NCBI GenBank assembly: GCA_951406725.2
Contig: OX597825.1
Location: forward strand, 57,908,001-57,972,000
Direction of reading: 5' to 3'
Origin: Octopus vulgaris
Taxonomy: Eukaryota
Length of the DNA stretch: 64,000 nt
Shown one piece after another: positions 13,754 to 24,599 of the stretch; position 1 is the first letter of the stretch, and each line of letters opens with the position of its first letter. Under the pieces are notes generated by a model. It made no database searches. It saw only the letters and a list, made by a program, of their open reading frames with translations, and was not told the DNA's origin. The translations under genes and the position numbers were made by a program.

Positions 13754-16062
13754 GGCAGTGAGTAGGCAGAATCATTAGCATCCCAGGCATCCCCCAGTAT
13801 GCTAATGATTCTGCCAGCTCACTGCCTTAATAACAACAACAACAACTTCTACCAAAGGCATAAGTCCTGAAATTTGAGGGAAGAGACAAGTCAATTAAAT
13901 TGACCCCCAGTGTTTCACTGGTACTTGATTTATTGACCCCCGAAAGGATGAAGAGCAAAGTCGACCTTGGTAGAATTTGAACTCAGAATGTAGCGGCAGA
14001 CAAAATACCTATTTCTTTACTGCTCACAAGGGGCTACACACAGGGGACAAACAAGGATAGACAAATGGATTAAGTCGATTATATTGACCCCAGTGCGTAA
14101 CTGGTACTTATTTAATTGACCCCAAAAGGATGAAAAGCAAAGTTGACCTCGACGGAATTTGAACTCAGAATGCAGCGGCAGACGAAATACCGCTAAGCAT
14201 TTCGCCCAGTGTGCTAACGACTCTGCCAGCTCACCACCTTCCTCATATTAATCATAATGGATACAAAGATGTCTCATGTTTTCAAACATGGATTTAAGGA
14301 TCAATTGTAATAAATATTTACAACATAAATAAATAATTGATAAAAACCAAAAGCAAAAATTGTGTGAGAAGCTGTAAGGGAATCAAACCTGCAATGTCAA
14401 TGACTAAAATGGTATAATCCACCAAATCTCTGTCAAAATGTGCTGCAAGACAATCCCCAGCAGATTCTAATAGAATTATTTCAGGTTGAAAGAGTTTGGT
14501 CAATTCTTTGATTTCTTTCAGATTTACATCAAGATTCTATATATATATAAAAAAAAAAGAAAATACAGAAAAAACATAAACAATGTGTGAGAATTTGAAA
14601 GTATGAGAATGATGATGATGATGATGATGATGATGACGGTGGTGGTAGTGGTGGTTATGATGATGATGATGCCAATGAAGATGATGATGGTGATAGCAAT
14701 GAGATATACAATGCAAAAATTCTTTAAACAAATATATTTTATAAAGAAATCATTTACATTTACTAATTAATCAAATCTATCTACACAGTGAACTTGTATC
14801 CATATCAGCTCGAAAAACTACTAAATTATATCGTTTTCTTTTAATCTTTTTTACTTGTTTCAGTCACTGGACTGTGGTCATGCTGGAGCACCACTTTGAA
14901 GGATTTTAGTCAAATGAATCGCCACCAATACTTATTTTTAAGCTTGGTATGTATATCATCAATTTATTTTTGCCAAGCAGCTAAGTTATGGGGACATAAA
15001 CAAACCTTCACCAGTTGTCAGACAGTAGTGGGGGATAAACACACACACATATGTACATATGTACATATATTATATAATACACACGCACACACACATACAC
15101 ATACATGCATATATATATAAAAGATGAAGGTGGAAATAGCACAGAAGTAAATCAAAGACATTTCAATTTAGAAAGAATTGAATAAAATGATTTAAAAACG
15201 ATATAAAGAAAGTATAAAATATTACCAGTTTCATTGATGAATGTCATTCTATCAAATATTCATAAAAATTTATAAAAAACTTGAGGTAAAATAGTTTATC
15301 TCCAGGATTTTTTTTATTGAAGTCTTCTTTAAATATAGTCTGGTACAGAGTTCAATGTGTTAGAGAGAAAGAGAAGGGGTGGAGTTGTCTATTGTCTAAA
15401 AAAATCTCATTATTGTAGTTTTGATGTTTTTGTATCTATTTTAAATATATATATATATAAGATGGGCTTCTTACAGTTTCCGTTGGAAAGCAAACTTCTT
15501 ATATATATATATATATATACAACAAGCTCCTTTTAGTTTCTATCTACCAAACCCACTCATAAGGATTTGGTCGGCCTGGGATTATAACAGAGGACATTTA
15601 TTCAAGGTTCATGCAGCAGAACTAAACCCAGAATCCTAAAGTTGAGAATTGAATCTTTACAACAGTCATGCCTGCACTTGTATAACAGATAAAAACTGAA
15701 AATATTTTTAAATAGACACAAAAACATATCATATGATAATGATAATAATAATAATAATAATAATAATTCTTTCTGCTATAGTACTTAACTGGTGCTTATT
15801 TCATCAACCTTGAAAGGATTGGAGGCAAAGTTGACCTTGGCAAATTTTAAAGGTTGTGACAGGCAAAATACCACAAAGCATTTCGTTCAGCATGCTAACG
15901 ATTCTGCCTGCTCGCCACCTTATTATTATAATAATAATAATAATAAGGCCTGATCGCTTAGCCAGCGGGGTGGCGTCATTTGAAGGCTAAAACAATGTGA
16001 AGCGCATTGTGACCAGCGATGTGTAGTAACATCTGATAACCTGGTCGGTCACAATGATGATG

Positions 16063-16103
<41 letters not shown>

Positions 16104-16109
16104 TAATAA

Positions 16110-16143
<34 letters not shown>

Positions 16144-18226
16144 CCTCAATGTCTTAGCAATAATCATAATATTGCTTTCAAATTTTAGGCACAAGGCCAG
16201 CCAGTTCATGGAAGGAGATAAGTCAATAACATCAGCCCAGTGTTGCACAAAAATATGAAATCAGTTGATTTAAAAGGGAAATGGACAGAAAAATGGAACA
16301 CAATAAGATTAAGCACACAAAATAACAAAATCCCGTAATTCAATAGAAATTATTCACACATCTAATCAACCCTAAAAGATGAAAAGCAAAATCAAGTCCA
16401 GCAGAACTGGAACTCAGAACATAAAGACAGACAAAATGCTGCCAAATATTTTGCCACCCTAATAATAGGATAGAAAATAAAAGTAAAAAAAAACACAACA
16501 TTACTTTATTCATGACTTCCAATGGACATCCTTCTGTTACGACAGAACGAACTTTCTCTTTTGGAATAGCATTTTGTTGAATCAAGATGTCAGCATCAAT
16601 ACTGAAGAATAAATGTGTATATTTATACAATAATAACAATAATAATAATAATAATGAAAATAATAACGAAAATTTTAGAAAATAAAGATAAGAAATAAGT
16701 GGAAATTTTACCGGTGAGTGTATTAAATAATAAGGCACTATAAGAGAATGACTCTCCCCAGACACAACAGAATATGCTTCAACACACGAACTCATATAAA
16801 GAATCTTGCAAACCAAATCCCAAAACAAAAAATAATAATGAAATTATTGTGTATAGTGCTTAGGTGCACTACATCTCATCAATGTACAATACATAGAATT
16901 ATGTACAAAAGTCAGGAAAGTGAAGTGTATGAGACATGATATATGTGTTCATGTGTATGAGGCGGGATATTAGGTGTAGTGTTGGCAAATTTCATGAAGC
17001 ACGGAGGTTTTAAAGGATGCAATGTCTTGGCAACTAACAACTGATACAGGTAGTTTGTCCCATGCTTCAGTAACTCTGAGTGTGGAAAAATGTTTCGAAA
17101 AGTCATGGGAGCTGTGCTATTTTCTGACTTGGTAGGCAAGGTCACATATGTTAGACACATGGAACTCAAAAAGGTGCTCCAGGGGGCTGTTGGAACGAGG
17201 GTTAATATTTTTGTGGATGTTTGCCAAGTCAGTTGCCAGACATCAGAGCTTCAATGTATCTATGCCCAGGGAAGCAAGGCATTCAGATGATGTCAATAGG
17301 CAATCTACATCTATTAAAAACACAGACTGCTTTGATGTGTTAATAATTCTAAAGTAATTTTAAAGTAATCTTTCTAAAACACTACTCACGTGCTGTAGAA
17401 ATCATTGGTTACAACACAGATATTGCGATCTTTCAGAATCTTACACACAGCAAGGATAATGGCGGTTTTCCCTGAGCCAACTGGACCATGAATGCCCACT
17501 GTAAATGCTCGCTGAAATAGAACATTAGTTATTTTATACAATTTTGCTTTACTTTTTTGTTTGGCGAAAATATCATTTACAGTTACTATGGTTTCAGGTG
17601 GGGGATAATGAAGAAGACTATAGATTTATAGTTGCTATGGTTTCAGGCAGTGGGGTAATGAGGAGGACCACAGATTTATAGTTGTCATTGTTTCAGGTGG
17701 TGGAATAGTGAAGGGGACCAGTGTCACCTTAAGATATAGGGACACTGGCAACTGTTTGGTAGTCCCAAACAGATCTAGAGATCCACTGCTAATCTGTATT
17801 ATGGTTGTATATGTATGAACCCCAAAGGATTACTTTACCTGAGTGGCTTATAATGCTGTTATGATGGCCCTGGGAGAGACTTATGATTATCTTTGCTCTA
17901 ATTTCACTTAGCGCAACAGTGAGGAAAACTACCAACCAAACCATTGTGAGATCAAGCCTTGCAGTTACATTGCAGTTGTTGTTGTTGCTGAGATAATTGT
18001 TACTAAATCACAAGGATGTATAGATACAATGTTCAGTTGTGGTTTGTATAGGCACAGGAGTGGCTGTGTGGTAAGTAGCTTGCTTACCAACGACATGGTT
18101 CCAGTTCAGTCCCACTGGCTGACACCTTGGGCAAGTGTCTTCTACTATAGCCTCGGGCTGACCAAAGCCTTGTGAGTGGATTTGGTTGACGGAAACTGAA
18201 AGAAGCCTGTTGTATATATGTATATG

Positions 18227-18257
<31 letters not shown>

Positions 18258-19636
18258 TTGTGTGTCTGTGTTTGTCCCCCCACCATCACTTGACAACCGA
18301 TGCTGGTGTGTCTACATTCCCATAACTTAACGGTTTGGCAAAAGAGACCAATAGAATAAGTACTAGGCTTACAAAGAATAAGTCCTGGGGTCGATTTGCT
18401 CGACTAAAGGTGGTGCTCCAGCATGGCCACAGTCAAATGACTGAAACAAGTAAAAGAGTAAAAGAGTATATATCATGAAGGATTTGAGAGGTGCCAATCT
18501 CACTGGATGGGCTTGCAAAAAAAAAAAGAAAAGGAAAATCAAATAAATTCATTTATTTGGAAAAGAAAGTTATTTAAATCTACTTAAAACTCCTCTATGA
18601 ATTAAAGGTTGTTGACTCAGGTCACCACCACCACCATCAAATGTTTCTCAGTATTCTGTATTTTATCTTATTTCACTAATAAATATCTTATTGGTGTGTT
18701 GCTGGTAGAATTTCCTGTGATGTGTGGAATTAAAATTCAGAAATGCCAAACATTGAAACACTTGTAGTAAAGATTGTTTGCTAACATAACATGGCAGTCC
18801 TGGTTTAGGACTAATGTTGCTGTAATTTAGCCCCAGGAGACATCTTGTCTCCAGCTGGCTATACAACACGGTCTGTGTCCTTATATTTTCAAACAAGATC
18901 ACAGATCATGTCGTATACCCAGCTGGAGATGATATCTCCTGGGGCTAAATTACAGCAACATTAGTCCTAATATCGTATAGCCAGCTGGAGATGATGTCTC
19001 CTGGGCCTAAATTATAGCAACATTAGTCCTAATTAGTGCCATGTTGTGTTGGCAAACAATCTTTACTACAAAGTACTGTTGCTGAATATTTCATGTTGAT
19101 AATGATAAACATAGCAATAGATTATACAACACTTTCTCAACCCAAATTATCTGAAGTTCAGTTGACTGATAAGTAATTAACATTTAGATCATCAATAAAT
19201 GGCATAACACCGCTGACAGAAACTCTAATTTAATAATCACCTGTATAAATGTTAGGTTGTTTTCTCTAATCATGCTTTACATCATGTATATATATGCGTA
19301 TAATAAGGGATGACCACTAAGTGGACATCCAATATGCTAGAAGAAGATCACCTACGATGTAACCACAAAGAAAAGAATGTTCTCTAGAGAAATTCAGCAA
19401 ACACCAGAACATAAGCTGGTAAGACAGATGTTCTAGTGTTTGCTGAATTTCTTTAGAGAACATTCTTTTCTTTGTGGTTAGATCGTAGGTGATCTTCTAG
19501 TATATTGGATGTCCACTTAATGGTCATCTCTTATTATACACAGGTATTACAATTTTTCTGAATTTTCAGATTTTTCTTTATGCTAAGTCTACTGGTTTTA
19601 AATTGATGTTAATTAAATTAATATTCAATTTATCAC

Positions 19637-19684
<48 letters not shown>

Positions 19685-22600
19685 GCAGCATGGCAGGTGT
19701 TTATAAGCCATTTTAGAAACACACAAAAACCGTTAGATTCACTTCAACATTTAAATTTAATTTGTCAAAATATTTTTGTCGCTTTGAGACCGCAACCTGT
19801 TCACTGACAAAACTTCGTGCTACACTTGGTGACTTGGTGAGAGAGAGAGTGGGGGAAGGAAAGGGGCATAACTCTAGCTTGGTACCCCACCACCTGTTTT
19901 GAAAGTTTTTGATGGAGCAGACTGCAATTATTTTGAAAACATTTAGTAAAATAATAACATATATTTATTGAAAATACATAAATGAGACATTTATTTTATC
20001 AAATTTTATTTTAAGGTAATATTTTTCTTTTCAAAATTAGTTTCAATTTCATCATTTTGTATAAGCACCAAGACGTTTGATACAAATTCAATTTTAATTA
20101 TTATATGTATCATATTTCCAGATGGGGGCTGCACAGAAAGAAGTTTGCTTCCCAACCACATGGTTCCGGCTTTCAATCCCAGCATGCGCACCTTGGGCAT
20201 GTGTCTTCTGCTATAGCCTCAGGCCAACCAAGGACTTATGAGTGAATTTGGTAGAAGAAAACTTGTCTTCACATTGCATGATAATCATAAATAAATGTTA
20301 CTGTTGTACAAGCAGTGTCACTCATTTCCAATCTTCTTTGAAAACATGTCTCGTCATGAGGGAAAATTACCTTACTCTAAAATAGATGTGGGTTGGTGAC
20401 AGGAAAAGCTTTTGGTCACGCTTCAACAAATTCCACCTGTCCCATGCAGGTATGGAAAAATGAACATTGAAACAACAACGATGAGTTTCCAGTAATTTCT
20501 GCTGGACTGTATCGTTTGTTCATCATTAAAATTGCAGCCAAATTTGTCTTTATATAGCATGGATCATGTCCATTAAGTTCACCATCATCAATTCACTGTT
20601 TTCCAATAAAATAGTTTTTAGCTATTAATGGTGAGATACTTTGGGTATATTTTCTCAGTGAACTTTCCTCATGGTGAACTTTCTTCACAGTGAATTGATG
20701 GCAGTGAGCTTACCTGTAATCAGTACTGGTATATAGTTAAATTGTGGAAGCACATGGCCTAGTGGTTAGAACAGCGGACTCATGGTCGAGGGATTGCAGG
20801 TTTGAATCTCAGACCGGGTGATATGTGTTTTTATGAATGAAACACTTAAGCTCCATGCGGCTCCGGCAGAAGGTAATGGCAAACTTCTGCTGACTCTTTC
20901 GCCACAACTTTCTCCCACTCTTTCCTCATGCAACTTGCAGATCACCTGCGATGGACCAGTGTCCCATCCAGGTGAGGAACCTATATGCTAAGGAAACCGT
21001 CCCTTATAAGTCAGGCATGGCTCAAGAAGGAACAAACAAATAGTTAAACTGGGTTTATAGAATTTAGCATCATAGATGTATTTTATTCCATACTTTAAAG
21101 AAAAGTGATGGAAATTTGCAACATTCACAAGAGTTGCTCTTTGTGGAATCTCTGTCAGTTGCTTATCAAGAAAGAGCTGTGATTAGTTGTGTTTGAAAGT
21201 TTACTGACCAATAAAGTAAGAGATTATCAATTTTTATTCTGTACTAGAATGTTACCAGTCATATGACTGGTAATATTCTGTTCTAGAATGTTACCAGTCA
21301 TATGACTGGTACATTTGAAAATATATTTTTGCTAACATGGGTATTATCTTTTATATTATATCTTTCTTCTTGTTTCAGTGGCCACACTGGGGCAATGCAC
21401 TGAAGAATTTTAGTCTAACAAATTGACCCTAGTACTTATAATTAATTATTTTTTTAAGTTCGGTACTCATTCTATTGGTCTCTTATTAAACTGTTAAGTT
21501 ACAGGGATGTAAACACAACATCACCAGTTGTCAGTGGTGGTTGAGGATAAACTCACACATACACATACAATGGCCTTTTAGTTTCCATCTACTGAATCTA
21601 CTCACAAACCTTTAGTCGGCCTGAGGCTATAGCAGAAGACATTTGCCCAACTGCCATGCTGTGGAGCTGAACCTGGAACCATCTGATTGTGAAGCAATCT
21701 TCTTACCATACAGCCATGCCTGGAAATATGGCACACATACAATAATTAAAATTTAACCTTTATCAAATTCCTTGGTGCTTATGTAAAAGGAGGAAATGAA
21801 GACTAATTTTCAAAAGGAAAATATTACCTTAAAATAAAATGAAAATTAACGATCTCACTAGTGTGATGATGATTTATAACCATCATGTGATGTCTAAAGA
21901 AGAATACACATAAACTCACACACAAATATGTACACATATATATCTGTTACTTTTACTTGCTTCAGTCATTAGACTGTGGCTATGCTGGGGTACCATCTTG
22001 AAGGACTTTTGTTAGTTAAATGAATCAAACCTAGTACTTATAATTTTTTAAGCCTGGTGATACTTATTCAATTGTTCTCTTTTGCCAAACCGCTAAATTA
22101 CGGGGATGTAAATGCACCAACACTGGTTGCCAAGTGATAGTGGAGGACAAAGAGACACAAAAACACACACGCACACATCATCATCATCATCATCATTTAA
22201 CGTCCGCTTTCCATGCTAGCATGGGTTGGACGATTTTACTGAGGACTGGCAAACCAGATGGCTGCACCAGACTCCAATCTGATCTGGCAGAGTTTCTACA
22301 GCTGGATGCCCTTCCTAATACCAAACACTCTGAGAGTGTAGTGGGTGCTTTTATGTGCCACCGGCATGAGGATCAGTCAGGCGGTACTAGCAACGGCCAT
22401 GTTCAAATGGTGCTTTTTACATGCCACCTGCACAGGAGCCAGTCCAGCAGTAAGGCGACGCTGGTAACGATCACGCTCAAATGGTGCTTTTTACGTGCCA
22501 CCTACACAGGAGCCAGTCCAGCAGCACTGGCAACGACCTCACTCAAATATTTTTTCTCGTGACACCAGCACAAGTGCCAGTAAGGTGACGCTGGTAACTA

Positions 22601-23446
22601 TCACACTTGAATGGTGCTTTTTATGTGTCACTGGCATGGAAGCCAGTTAGCTGCTCTGGCAACGATCATGCGTGGATGGTGCTCTTAGCGCTCCACAAGC
22701 ACGGATACCATATATGTTGGGCTTCTTTCAGTTTCTGTCTACCAAATACACTCACAAGGCTTTGGTCAGCCCAATGCTATAGTAGAAGACACTTGCCCAA
22801 GGTACCATGCAGTGGGACTGAACCCAGAACCATGTGGTTGGGAAGCAAGTTTCTTATCACACAACCACACCTACACAGACTTCTTTCAAGTTTCATCTAT
22901 CAAATCCACTTACAAGACATAAGTTGATTTGGGGCTATAATAGAAGATATCTGCCAAAGGTGCTGTGCAGTGGGTCTGAAGCCAAGACCACAGAGTTGTG
23001 AAAGCAAAAACTTCTTAACCACACTGTCACTCCTGCATCTATTATTTGTTTCAGTCATTTGACTGCAGCCATGCTGGGGCACTGCCTTGAAGAATTTTTT
23101 AGTCAAATGAATTACCCCTAATACGTATTTTTCTTTTAAGCCTGGTGTTTATTCAATCAGTCACTTTTGCTCAACCACTAAGTTATGGGGACAGAAACAC
23201 ACCGGCACCAGTTGTCAAACAGTGGTGAGGGACAAACACAAACACAAAGATGCACACACATATAAACAGACAAGATGCTTGCCCAAGGTGCCTTGCAGTG
23301 GGACTGAACCTGCAGAAGAGTGACAAATAGAAATAGAGAAATAGTAATGTAAAAAATATCAAGAACATTTTGAATTGTGTTAGGATCCTTACTTCATTCC
23401 AGTTGGTTCGGTAGAAATTCTGATCCGGTATTCTTCTGCCTGCCAT
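11967..23446 (-). CDS. ureG: Urease accessory protein UreG-like G3E GTPase, 6 coding exons, 224 aa: complement join(23393-23446,17390-17511,16505-16601,14389-14536,12927-13030,11967-12116)
   Basis: All introns are GT-AG, phases are compatible (0,2,0,1,0), and the 675-nt frame is open. Protein: [224 protein letters not shown]. Colinear with eukaryotic UreG (ERAFTVGIGGPVG.GKT, VTND, ESGGDNLAA.F.RELADY.I..IDV.GG, LLV.NK.DL). Confidence 0.92.
12490..12865 (+). mobile_element. SINE with RTE-like 3' tail (inverted copy at 22185-22710)
   Basis: Internal GGCACGTAAAAAGCACC repeats; tail GGAAGGGCATCC...AACCCATGCTAGCATGGAAAATGGACGTTAAA(GAT)n. Confidence 0.6.
12927..13030 (-). CDS. ureG: UreG-like coding exon 5 (G4 motif NKID)
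   Basis: ttttctag|GT...GAG|gtaggt; reads [35 protein letters not shown]. Confidence 0.9.
13070..13560 (+). repeat. ~500-bp interspersed repeat embedded in (ATT)n (other copies 50048-50552, 50614-51160, partial 54445-54612)
   Basis: Shared termini GAGTGAGAGAGC...GCATCAGGGC, abutting ATT microsatellites. Confidence 0.8.
13850..14240 (-). mobile_element. Nested Meta-domain-type tRNA SINEs
   Basis: Reverse complement of the SINE at 23753-23973 (CCCCGAAAGGATGAAAGGCAAAGTCGACC...GAATTTGAACTC), present twice. Confidence 0.7.
14389..14536 (-). CDS. ureG: UreG-like coding exon 4 (G3 region ESAGD)
   Basis: tatag|AAT...GCAG|gtttga; reads NLDVNL...[28 protein letters not shown]. Confidence 0.92.
16505..16601 (-). 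CDS. ureG: UreG-like coding exon 3 (CPH-equivalent motif = CPL)
   Basis: ttcttcag|T...AAA|gtaatg; reads [32 protein letters not shown]. Confidence 0.92.
16700..17330 (-). mobile_element. CR1/L2-type LINE 3' fragment
   Basis: Reads [32 protein letters not shown], resembling the CR1 ORF2 C-terminal motif (R.NFFS.RV...WN.LP..VV...S...FK). Confidence 0.6.
17390..17511 (-). CDS. ureG: UreG-like coding exon 2 (Walker A GPVGSGKT)
   Basis: ctatttcag|CGA...AC|gtgagt; reads [40 protein letters not shown]. Confidence 0.95.
18050..18470 (+). mobile_element. CORE-type tRNA SINE (intronic)
   Basis: Full head GGCACAGGAGTGGCTGTGTGGTAAG...GTTCAGTCCC, CORE box, and tail GAAACAAGTAAAAGAGTAAAAGAG. Confidence 0.85.
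18805..19032. repeat. Inverted repeat (~60-bp arm) with tandemly duplicated right arm
   Basis: TTAGGACTAATGTTGCTGTAATTTAGCCCCAGGAGA...CCAGCTGG is reverse-complemented at 18919-18970 and again at 18981-19032. Confidence 0.8.
19298..19539. repeat. Long near-perfect hairpin (~113-bp arms, 15-nt loop)
   Basis: 19298-19412 is the reverse complement of 19428-19539. Confidence 0.9.
23393..23446 (-). CDS. ureG: UreG-like first coding exon (exon spans 23393-23469)
   Basis: ctcttttttag|ACC...ATG GCA GGC...GAA|gtaagg. RTNWNE joins RAFTVG, as in the eukaryotic UreG R.F.ERAFT segment. Confidence 0.85.
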
Positions 23447-23752
23447 TATTATATAAATGAATAACAGGTCTAAAAAAGAGACATAAAATGTCATATGAGA
23501 AAGAGAGAGAGAGAGAGAGAGAGAGATAATGTCAACCTGTTTGCAGCCATGTTTGTTGAAATACACTATTTTTATTTCAATTAACTTTGAAAATGATGAA
23601 GAATATAGTAACATAGCTTTGTCATTAATAAGCTGGTGTTTGGAACATAAATTAACAGGAAATTTTGATGGAAGTTTTAATTTAGATTATTTTAATACCA
23701 GAAATTTGTGTCATAAAACGAAGGGTGATCTATAGCAGGTATAGCAGCTTGG

Positions 23753-23973
23753 GCTGGCAGAATCGTTAGCACGCCGGCGAAATGCTTAGCGGTATTTCAT
23801 CTGCTGTTACGTTCTGGGTTCAAATTCCGCTGAGGTCAGCTTTGCCTTTCATCCTTTCGGGGTCGATAATTTAAGTATCAGTTGCGCACTGGGGTCGATA
23901 TAATCGACTTAATCCATTTGTCAGTCCTTGTTTGTCCCCTCTGTGTTTATCCCCTTGTGGTTAGTAAAGAAAT
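23753..23973 (+). mobile_element. Meta-domain-type tRNA SINE with a Tx1-like 3' end and 16-bp TSD
   Basis: TSD AGGTATAGCAGCTTGG at 23737-23752 and 23974-23989; B-box GGTTCAAATTCC; GCCTTTCATCCTTTCGGGGTCGATAA core. Confidence 0.85.
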
Positions 23974-24599
23974 AGGTATAGCAGCTTGGTATCACAAGTA
24001 TTAGGTACTAAACTGGCTGCACATCAAGAGTTTCGTTTTATAATCAAAATGTTTCAAGTTTCATCTCCTGACATTACACATTGGGGCACAAACATAGATT
24101 AAGGAAAGCCTTGAGTGAAATTAAATTGCATGGTCATCATCATCATCATTTTTTTCATGTCTGTCTTCCATACTGGCATGGGTTGGATGGTTTGACAAAA
24201 TTCAAAGAGCCAGAGACTGTTAACCTCCAATGTCTATTTTTTAGGCCCAGTTTCTACACAGGGATCCCCTTCCTAGTACCATTGACTTTTACATTTTTTT
24301 TCTCAGAAAACATACATTTTTTTTTGTTCACTTGGCATTATAAAATTAGAACCTTTTGGTAGCCTTCTTGATGCCAACCTGCTTCAGAACACACTTGGTT
24401 CTATGATACAAATTTCATATTAAAACCTTCCATTAAAATTCTTTTCTAATTTATGCTTCAACCTTCAGCTTAAAAACGACAATTCTATTTTATTAAATTC
24501 TTCAATATTTTTAGAGGTGAATGAAACAAAGGCAGTGTATTTTGACAGAAATATGGTACAAAAATAAAAAAAATCTACTATATTAATATATTTGCATAT

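Noticed and set aside
16520-16530. A-to-I RNA editing restoring the UreG His ligand
   Set aside because: The codon is TTG (Leu); A-to-G editing cannot produce CAY.
11967-23446. Bacterial contamination or a recent bacterial transfer of ureG; a urease operon
   Set aside because: The gene has five spliceosomal introns filled with host repeats and a eukaryote-type N-terminal motif. No urease, UreD or UreF sequence was recognised in the window.
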